Shown: positions 10,494 to 19,575 of the stretch, in pieces | Numbering within the stretch: position 1 is the stretch's first letter | How the letters are laid out: each line of letters opens with the position of its first letter | Virus record (IMG/VR): IMGVR_UViG_3300037845_000048 | Span: 1-50,903 of that record | DNA from: a virus | Lineage: Duplodnaviria; Caudoviricetes | Length of the DNA: 50,903 nucleotides | Reading direction: 5' to 3' (one strand) | The notes under the pieces: generated by a model | Databases searched by the model: none | What the model saw: the letters and a program-made list of their open reading frames with translations, nothing else | Told to the model about the DNA's origin: nothing | Position numbers and translations under genes: made by a program

Positions 10494-13400
10494 ATGGCCG
10501 CAGCGGCAAAAGGCATCCGCATCCACATCGACTACCCGCGCTCGATCCGCTGCCTGCTGGGCGTCCACGACAAGGGCGACGCCGAACACGGATGCCAGGG
10601 CGGCTTCAAACCGGTGCTCGGCCGGGCCGTGCGTTTCTGCCAGTGCGAGTGCCATGAAAGCGGTGAGTGACATGGCTCAGGCGTTCGGCAACAAGGTCCC
10701 CGTCACCATCGAATACACGCTCGACGTCAGCCAAGTAGTCGCCGCGTTCGAGGCCATCGCCAATGCGCGCCCTTGGCACTTGGCCAGCGGCGGCAGCGTC
10801 ACCATCCCCTTCACCGGCATCTTCGATAACGGGGCCACCGACGCACCGAAGGAAGGCGGCTGACATGGCCGAGCCGTCCCTCGGCGCCCTGCGCGCCGCC
10901 AGCGCGAACCTCATGGCCGCCAACCTCGCGCTGAGCATGTTCCCGTACGCGGCGAAAGCCGCCGTCGACCACGAGCAGTACATCGCCCGCGCGGCCACCC
11001 TCGGGTTCGACCGTGAGACCGCCCAGCGGGTCTCGGACGAGGTCTGGCGCAGCGGGATGGTCCCGAGCTCTGAGATCTACCGGTGGGCGCTCATGCGCCT
11101 CTACGAGCTTCTCGACGACCCCAAGCCGAAGCCGATGACCGTGGAGGATGCGCGCCGGATCGTCTCGGCACTCGCCAACTGCAAGGGCGGCGAGTGACAT
11201 GGACGCGGCTTCCTGCGCAATCCTCGCTGAGGGCGCGCTCCGGTTCGAGATCAAATGGGGCGACGAATCCGGTACCGCCGTCGCTGCGAACCAGTTCATG
11301 CGTGACGGCAAACTGATCCACTTCTGGTGGATCGATACCACCCGCATGAAGCAGTCCTACGTGCTCACGCTGCATAGCGCGGGCATCAGATCGATCCGGC
11401 CGGTCTACCCACCGAAGGAGGCGTGAGATGGCTCAGGCGTTCGGCAACAGGGTCCCCGTCACCATCGAATACAAGCTCGACGTCAGCCAAGCGGTCGCCG
11501 CGTTCGAGGCCATCGCCAAACAGTGCGCCGACGCGGCCGAGGCGCTGCGGAAGCTGGCCGCCGAGCAGGACGAGGCGCCAGAGGACTCAACGCCCGAGCC
11601 TCCGGCCCGGGACCTGCTGCGCGAGGCGTGGACCGAGCGCAAGGCAGGCGCCTGACGTGAGCGTCCCCCTGAGCGTCCCGCAGGAGCGCATTCTGCTCGA
11701 ACTGTTCGGCCGAGGTCGCGCCATCAGCGTCCGCGACCTCTGCGAAACCATCGGCATAGACCCCTCCGACTGCATGCGCGCCTGCACGGGTCTTTGGCTC
11801 GCCGACATGATCAAGCGCCAGTACGGCTTCGAAGAAGGATCCGACAACGCCTGGTACTCGATCACGTGGATCGGCGAGAAGTGGCTGGCCGACCGCCCGC
11901 AACCATCCACCACGCCCGCGCCTGCGCCGCGTCGCTGGTGGTTCCGGCTGACGCGCAGCTCCGCGAAAGCAGGCAAGTGACGTGTGCACCTGTGGCCTCG
12001 ACAACTGCACCGAATGCAACCCCGGCGAACCCGAGCACCCCGAAGGCACCCTCGAAGCGGCGGCCTGGCAGCTCCATGACGCCGCCGCCGCCCTGTGGTG
12101 GTCGATCGTCGATGGGCTGCGCCTCGAACGCGTGGTCGACTGGTGGATCGCCCGGAAGGCGGGTGGATGACGTGGGATACCGCTCCGGCCCCATGACACC
12201 CGCACTGGTCGGCGGCGTCACAGCCGCGATGGCCATGGCGAACCTCACCGCCGCACTCGGCGGCTGCCCACACCCCAACGCCGTCCCCGTCGAACTGCTC
12301 GACGACGGTCAGCGCGTCGCCGTGCTGTGCCCGGACTGCGACACGCAACTACCCGCCGAATGGCGCACCGCCGAAGAAGGCGCGGCACTGGAGCGCGCCA
12401 AGGCGGCAGCGGTACTCATCGGCGCCGGGTTCGACCCGGCCGATGCGCTCGAAGTCACAGGGGGCGAGTGACGTGACCCTCGTCCGTATCCGCACCCACC
12501 GCCTGACCCTCCGTCAGGCCTGGCGCTACCGGCTCCCGCTCACCCGCCGCTGGCGCTGGACCTGCGACACCTGCCCCGCCACCGACTGGCGCGGCCACCG
12601 CACGCAGGACGCCGCGAAGAGCGGGATGGTCCGGCACATCGACGAAAGGCACACACCGTGACGCACGCGCTATGCCCGAACTGCCAAGAACCCATGACGC
12701 TAAAGCCGATCCCGTGCCCCGACGGGAATCCCGGGTGCCTCGTCTTGCACCGGTCGCTCGTCTGCGCGCCGTGCCAGCAACGCCAGTGGGAAGAGCGCGA
12801 CCGGCCGGCCACGATCGGCGAGCTGGCGGAGCTGAGCCGCAGGCTCGACCAGCTGGGGGCTGGAAAGTGACCCAGGTCCGCGTGCGCTCCGAGAACGGCT
12901 ACACCCTCACCTACGACACCGGCGACGTCGAAAACGTCCACGTGAGCGCCCTGAACCACACCATGGAGATCCCCAGCGGCTACGCCATGCGCCGCGAGCC
13001 GACTGGGTTCATGTCCATGGACCTGCACATCGACTTCAAGTACGGCAAACAGGCGTCGTGGGTCAAGGACGAGGAACTGGCCGATACGTCCGACGTCGCG
13101 CTCGGGGCGATCGATGACTGACCCGCTGGACGCCTACCAGCTCGATCTCAAGCCACCCGAACCGGTCGCGTTCGACTACAGCACGTACGAGTGGCTGATC
13201 GCCGAGTATCAGCGCATCGACGCCCTCTACGGGCCGCGCCTGACCCGCGTGTCGGGGTGTGAGCCGCTGGTGCGCTGGTTCATGCGGCAGTTCCCCGAAG
13301 CCGACCCGGGCGTGAGCGCGGTGACGCTGCTCGGCTCGATCGCGCTGACGATCGACGACGACGTGCCGATCGACTCCCTGCGGCTGGCCTATGCGGACGG

Positions 13401-15524
13401 GACACACCGGGATGTGCGCGTGATCGGAGCGGGAGATGACTGACCTCGACCAGGCCATTCGCGCCCGGCTGGACCACCTCTACAAGCAGGGCGGATCTTC
13501 GCCGCGACAGCTGCGTGCCGCGCTGCTCGGCGTACTGGCCTTCCATCAACCGGAGGATACGGACTTCACAGACGCCGATGGCCAGTCCCGCTCCAGCACT
13601 GACTGTGCGACCTGCGATAACGGCGGAGTCCCCGGGAACTGGCCATGCTCCACGCTGCGCACGATCGCCGAGAAACTGGGAATCGAACATGACTGACCTG
13701 AACGGAGCGACCATGACCCAACCCGGCGTTCTCGAACGCATCGCCACCGCACTCGAAACCATCGCCGCCATGCTCACCGGCGAAACCCCCACCACCCCCG
13801 CCGCGCGCACGCCACGCCACCCCGAGACCCGGTTCGAATGGGAACCCGCCGCCGACCAGGCCCCCGCCGCACCCCTGCCCGAACCCACGCCCCCCGAAGA
13901 ACGGTGCGGGTTCCTCATCGAGAAATACACCCACCCCCTGGACCGCGTCACCCCCGTCTACCAGATCAGCAAAGCCGGGGCCACCATCCTGCTCACCGAG
14001 CAGGAGGCCACGGCGCTGGCCGCACTCAGCGACGAGGAGTTCACGGGGGTCATGGCCGCCCGGCTCGCCGAAGTACTCGCCCAACGGCACGCCGCAGCGG
14101 CGGCGACGCCCGCGCCGTCCGCGGCGGATGACATCGAGGACGAAGACGAGGCGCGCGAGCGCCAATGGGCGCGCACGTTCAACGCCCACCCCGACCCCGA
14201 CGAAGCAGCGCGCACATGACCGGCGTCCTGCTGTTCGTGGTCGTGTTCGCGGCGTTCTACCCGCTCGGGGTGCTTCGCGCGAGGCTGCGCCCGGGGCCGT
14301 ACGCTCGACCCCATGCACACCACCACCGAAACGAGTCCCGCCGGCGCCGGGGCCGTGCCCGATCTGCGCCGCATGCCGCTCGGGAAGGCGGCGCCGGGGC
14401 CGGCGGTCCGGCTGGTGCGGCGACTGCTGCGCGACGAGGTCGTTGCGGCGGCGCAGTTCCAGTCCTCAGTCTGACCGCCGGCACCATGCGCACGCGTCCC
14501 CGCATTCCGACGCCGCGCCTAAACTCGAACCCATCCAACCGAGCCGACCAGGGAGTACCCGTGAGCGTTTTCTCCGAGATCGCCGCCGAAGCCGAGACCT
14601 TCAAGACGAAGCTCGCCGCCGATGCCGGGCATCTGCTCGGCGAGTTCGAGGCCCTGTGGGGCAAGCTGACCGATCAGGCCATGACCGACGGCGCTGATGT
14701 CATCAAGAAGGTCGAGCCCGTGGCCGCCGCGGCGGAAGCGGACGCGGCCGGGCTCGCCGGTGAGGCCGTGGCCGGTGCCGAGGGCATCGTGGACCCGGCG
14801 AAGCCGAGCGCCTGATGGGCACCGTGCCGAGTGTCGGCCGCGTCGTGCACTACGTCTCGCACGGCACCCCAGTCCGCGCCGACGGGACGCAGGCGTTCCA
14901 GAGCGTTTGCCGCACCGCGCTGATCACCGAGGTGGGCGAATGGCCCGAAGGGATCAGCGAAGCCGACCGCAGCAACATCGCCGTCCCCGTCGGGCTCGCC
15001 GTGCTCAACCCCACCGGCATGTTCTTCCAGCAGGGATGCATGCAGAGCGAGCTCGGCCACGAGGGCGGCTCGTGGCACTGGCCCGAGCGCGTCTAGCGCC
15101 CAGAAGGGAAGCACTGGCATGGAATGGACCTGGCAGATCGTCTACAACCCTGCGGCGCCTATCGACTCCGTCACGGCCGCCGCCCTCGAAGTCGACGAGA
15201 TCTCCTACGACCTGGTCGACGCGCAGGGCGCCGTGGTGTGGTCCGCACCGACCGGCAGCGTGCGCAACGTGACCCGGGGCGACGCCGTCACGCCGCCGAC
15301 CACCCAGAACGCGCCGGGGTCCTGACGTGGCGGAGCGCAGCGAGCACCTGAGCGACCCCGAGGGCACCGCAACCCACCGCCGCACCGGCCGAGGCGGCGA
15401 CGGCGAGATCTCCCAGAGCACCAGCGACGCACGCTACGACCAGGTGCAGGACGCCACCGCGAACGGCGACCCGGACGGTGTCGGGGACACGGCGCGCGGC
15501 TGGTTCCGCCGGTCGCGCAACTAA
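10494..15524 (+). CDS. rightward run of about 20 small hypothetical genes (e.g. 10494-10670, 10672-10863, 10865-11197, 11199-11426, 11428-11655, 11657-11980 wHTH-like, 11982-12170, 12172-12471, 12658-12870, 12867-13121, 13114-13443, 13436-13696, 13689-14219, 14561-14815, 14815-15096, 15119-15325, 15327-15524)
   Basis: Tightly chained TGA-n-ATG/GTG junctions and high GC3. Individual starts are approximate. Confidence 0.55.
10672..11519 (+). repeat. 92-bp direct repeat (10672-10763 and 11428-11519)
   Basis: Both copies start at an ATG (MAQAFGN...FEAIA) and differ at 4 positions. Confidence 0.9.
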
Positions 15525-15538
15525 CCGGTAGAGACGAG

Positions 15539-15575
15539 GAGAGCCGCATCCCGCGCTGGGGGGGATGCGGCTCTC
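15539..15575. terminator. hairpin terminator between convergent units
   Basis: GAGAGCCGCATCCC...GGGATGCGGCTCTC, a 14-bp perfect stem. Confidence 0.8.
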
Positions 15576-15618
15576 TGCGTGCTGCACTCGCGGCGCACGC
15601 CAACCGGAATCACCGGTA

Positions 15619-15690
15619 GCGCCTCGACGGGACTCGAACCCGCGCCTCTCCCCTCGAACGGGGAGCGCCCTGCCATTAGGCCACGAGACT
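15619..15690 (-). tRNA. tRNA-like gene or pseudo-tRNA with atypical anticodon loop
   Basis: - strand: acceptor GTCTCG/CGAGGC, D-arm GCCTAATGGCAGGGC, anticodon stem CTCCC/GGGAG with 8-nt loop CGTTCGAG, T-arm GCGGG-TTCGAGT-CCCGT. No encoded CCA. Confidence 0.65.
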
Positions 15691-15786
15691 GGGCCGCATG
15701 CACGCTGTCGGCCGAAACGGGAAATGTCCCTCAGCGGCTGCCTGCCGTGACTGCCACGGTAGCAGCGGCGGTGTCAGCGCGGGACG

Positions 15787-16326
15787 CTACCCTGCGCGCT
15801 CCTCCAGCTCCCCGAGACGCCGCTTGAGCTCCGCGATCTCCTCTTCCGTGCGCTCCCCGCGCTCCATCACCGCGTCCAGCGCCTTCTCCGTGCGGCGCTG
15901 GCGCCCGGCGAGGCGGCGGTTGATCTCCATCTGCTCCGCGAACCCCCGCGCGACCACCTCGAACGCCTTGCGCACCTCCGGGTCGGCGTCGGACAGGTCC
16001 ACGTTCGTGGCCTTCGAGTACGCCATCTCCAATTGCGCCCCGGCGCGGCGCCCATGGGTGTGTGCGAGGCGCAGCTGCCCGTTCACGTCCACGACCCGGT
16101 AGCCCTCGTTGCGCACCCCCTCGATCGCGCGCTTGTCCTTCTCCTCGTGTTCTTCGGCCGCGCGCCGCATGGCGGTGATCATCGCGGAGCGGTGGCGCAC
16201 CGGGTCGAGGCCGAGGGCGTCGGCCATCGCCTGGTAGGTCACGATCCCGCCGACGGGGGTGCCCTTGAGCAGCCGGTAGAGGACCTTCCATCGCGGTTCG
16301 TCGCCAAGCGGTTCGAACGGGCTCAC
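15787..16326 (-). CDS. wHTH-like plus coiled-coil accessory protein coupled to the RAMP-like gene
   Basis: GTGA overlap with the stop at 16323. 'VTYQAMADALGLD...VRNEGYRVV' is wHTH-like; the C-terminus is a coiled coil. Confidence 0.7.
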   Translation of the reverse strand: MSPFEPLGDEPRWKVLYRLLKGTPVGGIVTYQAMADALGLDPVRHRSAMITAMRRAAEEHEEKDKRAIEGVRNEGYRVVDVNGQLRLAHTHGRRAGAQLEMAYSKATNVDLSDADPEVRKAFEVVARGFAEQMEINRRLAGRQRRTEKALDAVMERGERTEEEIAELKRRLGELEERAG

Positions 16327-16928
16327 GACACGTCCTTGACGACGGTCAGCGTGCCCTCGAAGCGCCCGTAGCGCGGGCGCCAGTCCCCGAGGCCGATGAG
16401 GCGCCCGGCGATGTCCACGAGCTGCGTGAGGTCGTCGTAGTCGAGGACTTCTGTGTCGAGGTAGAGCATCGCGGAAGTTCGCCACGAGTTGTCGGAGTTC
16501 TTGGGATCAACCGGAAACTTCGGCCGGGTGCGGATGATGCGCTGCTGTCCGACTTTCGCGGAGGCCTGGAGCATGAAGTTGCCGTCGCGCCACAGCTCGT
16601 CGGGTTCGCGGGGGCCTTTGTAGGCGAGGGGGTTCTCGTCGGTGGTGATGATGACGCCGGAGGTGACTTTGACGCCGAGTTTGCGTTTGCGGCCTGCGTC
16701 GACGAGGCAGCGGAAGATGTTGTCGGCGGGGATGTAGGGGCCGACGGGGCCGTTGTAGAGGCCGCCGAGGAATTCGAGGCGGGCGAGTTCGAGGTAGTCG
16801 TCTTCGGATTTGCTGCGTTTGGCGCTGACTTTCTTCATGGCGCGGGCGAGTTCGTCGAGGGGGTTGGAGAGTCGGGCGTTGTGCATGAGGAGTGGTGCGG
16901 TGCCGGTGATGTCGAGTTTGAGGTCCAT
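16323..16928 (-). CDS. stand-alone Cas7/RAMP-like RNA-binding protein (Vipr-like)
   Basis: 201 aa from ATG 16928 (ACAGGACGG RBS). Motifs 'ITGTAPLLMHN', 'PYIPADNIFRCLVDAG', 'RTRPKF..W' and the G-rich loop 'IGLGDWRPRYGRF' occur in RAMP order. Confidence 0.75.
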   Translation of the reverse strand: MDLKLDITGTAPLLMHNARLSNPLDELARAMKKVSAKRSKSEDDYLELARLEFLGGLYNGPVGPYIPADNIFRCLVDAGRKRKLGVKVTSGVIITTDENPLAYKGPREPDELWRDGNFMLQASAKVGQQRIIRTRPKFPVDPKNSDNSWRTSAMLYLDTEVLDYDDLTQLVDIAGRLIGLGDWRPRYGRFEGTLTVVKDVS

Positions 16929-16950
16929 CGGGTTCCGTCCTGTAGTGGTG

Positions 16951-17616
16951 ACCATGCCTAGGCCTGCCGGGCCTGGACCTGCCATGCCGAGTCACGCCCG
17001 GCAGAGCCCTGCGGAGCCGAGGGCTGCCCTGCCATGCACGGTCGAGCCATGCGCAGCCCTGCGTGCGTGTCCGGGATTCGGACCCGGATATATGCCGTCC
17101 GCGCTGGTGGAACCCATGCCGTGCCCTGCCGGGCGCTGACTCGCCGCGACACGCCGCGCGTTGCCTTGACCCGCCTAGCGTGGCCAAGTCCCGCCAGGCC
17201 ATGCGTTGCCCCGACATGCCGGGACGCGCCTCGCCGGGAGGAACACGCACGTGGTCACGCGCGCACTCCACTCGAAGAGGAACCCAAGCCGGGCCTAGAC
17301 CTGCCCTGACAAGCCATGCCGCGTCCTGCCGTGCCCTGCGTGTGTGCCGGGGACTCGGACCCCGGGGTATGCCGTCCACACGGTGAAACCCAAGCCCTGC
17401 AATGCCCGACCAAGCCCAGCCGTTGCCACGCCGCGCCATGGCTTGCCCGGCCGGGACTCGCCCCGCCCAGAGACCCGTGCGCGGACCACGCCGCACGGGA
17501 ATCACCCGAAGGGGAACCAAGCCGAAGCCAAGCCGGGCCTCGCGGAGCCTAGACCGGCCTCGCCATGCCCCGGCTCGCGCTGCCCGGCGCTGCCCTGCAT
17601 CGCATAGCCGCGCCAC
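16951..17616 (-). ncRNA. array of five pentamer-periodic (NN-GGC) tracts with structured spacers; putative guide-RNA array
   Basis: Tracts 16951-17060 (22 units), 17113-17237 (25), 17283-17337 (11), 17389-17469 (16) and 17516-17616 (20). + strand units are mostly GCCNN. Confidence 0.85.
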
Positions 17617-17635
17617 ACGCCGCCGCGTGTCATTA

Positions 17636-17665
17636 ACCATAGCACCACGCCAGTTCGCACGTGAA
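17636..17665 (-). promoter_or_regulatory. putative promoter for the array and RAMP operon
   Basis: TTCACG-18 nt-TATGGT with an extended TG (TGCTATGGT, 17644-17636). It is followed by the hairpin ACACGC-GGCG-GCGTGT. Confidence 0.55.
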
Positions 17666-17815
17666 ACCGCGCGATAAAACACTACGAAACCCACCTGTTG
17701 CCACCCGCGCAACACGCTGACCAGCCGCTACCGCCTGCCTAATCAGCGATGTACCCTCACCATCAGGCGCACTGACAATGCGCCATACTCAGCATCGAGG
17801 GGAGGCGGCGGTCCG

Positions 17816-18082
17816 ATGTCGGTCGGCACCATCACCCCCCCGCGCAACGCCGCCAGACCCCGGGACAGGTGGCGAAGCGCACGCACGGCACTCGACGCGG
17901 CGAGGCGTAGAGGTGCCACGGTGGTCGGCGCGGTGCGGCACCACAACTGGAGCCCCGCGCTGACCATCAGCGGACTCTCCTGCATCGACGCCGCGTTCTA
18001 CCAGCACGGGTGGTTCGCCGGACTCCTCGCCACCGGCATCAGCGCCCTGGTCTACGACTGGTCCCGCGAGCGCGGCGCATGA
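17816..18082 (+). CDS. small membrane protein preceding portal
   Basis: GGGGAGG RBS, two hydrophobic segments, ATGA overlap with portal. Confidence 0.6.
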   Translation: MSVGTITPPRNAARPRDRWRSARTALDAARRRGATVVGAVRHHNWSPALTISGLSCIDAAFYQHGWFAGLLATGISALVYDWSRERGA

Positions 18083-19575
18083 GCCTGATCGGCAAAGCCC
18101 TCGCCGTGCGCAACAAGGCCCCCATCCCCCTGGACAACGGTCGCGCCTACCGCCGCGGCGTCGCGTTCAACCTCGGCAACGGGCGCGCCGACGCCGAGAC
18201 CGCGATGCGCCAGTACGGCCTGTCCGGCACCATCTACGGGATCATCTCGCTGCTCGCCGAGACCGCCGCCACCCCGAAATGGCACCTGTACAAGAAGCAG
18301 CCCGTCGACGGGCGACGCAGGTACACCACCGCGGACAAGGGCACCGACCAGCGCATCGAAGTCGTGCAGCACGCGGCGATCCAGCTTTGGAACTCACCCA
18401 ATGCGTGGCACTCAAGGTTCGAATATGCGGAGGGTTGCCAGCAGCACGAGGAGCTGACCGGCGAGACCTTCTGGGTCCTGGACACGGACGCCGGATTCCC
18501 CACCAGCATGTGGTACGTACGCCCCGACCGCATGGAACCGGTCCCCGACCCCGACAACTTCCTCGTCGGCTGGATCTACCGAGGCCCCAACGGCGAGGAC
18601 GTCCCCCTGCGGGCCGACGAGGTCATCCTCGAGAAGCGCCCCAACCCCCTAGATCCGTACCGGGGTGCCGGGCCGGTCGCGTCGATCATGCCGAACATCC
18701 AGCAGCAGCGGTACGCCACCGAGTACCAGCGCAACCTCTTCTTGAACGGCGCGGACCCCGGCGGCGTGATCACCGTCCCCAACCGGCTCACCGAGCCACA
18801 GTTCGACGAGCTCGTGGACCGGTGGCGTGAGGCCCACCGCGGCGTCGCCCGCGCCGGACAGGTCGGCGTCCTGGAGGACGGCGCCACCTGGGCGCCCAAC
18901 GCCCACACCAACAAGGACATGGAGTACGGGCAGCTGCGCCTAGCCAACCGGGACGAGCTGCGCGAGGCGTGGCGCATCCACAAGGCCATGATGGGCACCA
19001 GCGACGACGTGAACCGCGCGAACTCGCAAACCGCGCAGGAAGTGTTCGTCGCGTGGCAGGTGCTGCCCCGCCTGAACCGGCGCCGCGACACCCTGAACAA
19101 CAAGCTGCTGCCGCTGTTCGGCAACGCCGACAAGACCGTCGAGTTCGACTACGAGGACCCCAGCCCCGAGAACGCCGAAACCGCGGCCCTCGAGCTGAAA
19201 GAAAAAGCGCAGGCCGCCCAGGCACTGGTCAACGCCGGATACGACCCCCACGACGTCCTCGAGACCGTCGGCCTGCCGGACATGGACGTCGTCGAGACCG
19301 CCACGCAGGCCCCGGCGCTACCCCCCGCGTGGGTACCGGCCGCGCCCCCCGCGCCCGAAACCGCACCCGCCGGCGCACCGGCCGTCCCGGCCGCGCGCGA
19401 ATCGATCAGCGTGTGGGCCAGCGCCCCCCCGATCCCGCAACTGCCCGCGGCCACGCAGGAACCCGAAGCCGAACCCGCACTGGACATCGCGCCGCTCGCC
19501 GCGTTCCTGCGCCACTCACTGAACGGCCGGATGAACGGCCACGCGATCAACGGAGACTCGGAGGCCCGTCGATGA
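18079..19575 (+). CDS. portal protein (HK97 family)
   Basis: 'LTGETFW', 'RPDRM', 'PLDPYRGAGP', 'FLNGADPGGVI', 'VLEDGATW...DMEY'. Confidence 0.9.
   Translation: MSLIGKALAVRNKAPIPLDNGRAYRRGVAFNLGNGRADAETAMRQYGLSGTIYGIISLLAETAATPKWHLYKKQPVDGRRRYTTADKGTDQRIEVVQHAAIQLWNSPNAWHSRFEYAEGCQQHEELTGETFWVLDTDAGFPTSMWYVRPDRMEPVPDPDNFLVGWIYRGPNGEDVPLRADEVILEKRPNPLDPYRGAGPVASIMPNIQQQRYATEYQRNLFLNGADPGGVITVPNRLTEPQFDELVDRWREAHRGVARAGQVGVLEDGATWAPNAHTNKDMEYGQLRLANRDELREAWRIHKAMMGTSDDVNRANSQTAQEVFVAWQVLPRLNRRRDTLNNKLLPLFGNADKTVEFDYEDPSPENAETAALELKEKAQAAQALVNAGYDPHDVLETVGLPDMDVVETATQAPALPPAWVPAAPPAPETAPAGAPAVPAARESISVWASAPPIPQLPAATQEPEAEPALDIAPLAAFLRHSLNGRMNGHAINGDSEARR

Noticed and set aside
16951-17616. Canonical CRISPR array
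   Set aside because: There are no identical 23-47 bp repeats with unique spacers and no cas1/cas2. The periodicity is 5 nt.
16507-17715. 402-aa - strand ORF and other ORFs across the array
   Set aside because: Low-complexity R/G/A/W translation produced by the pentamer repeat, and it overlaps the RAMP gene out of frame.
18969-19571. Long N-terminal extension of the ClpP ORF
   Set aside because: It overlaps portal out of frame. The real start is ATG 19572, with a GGAGG RBS and ATGA coupling.
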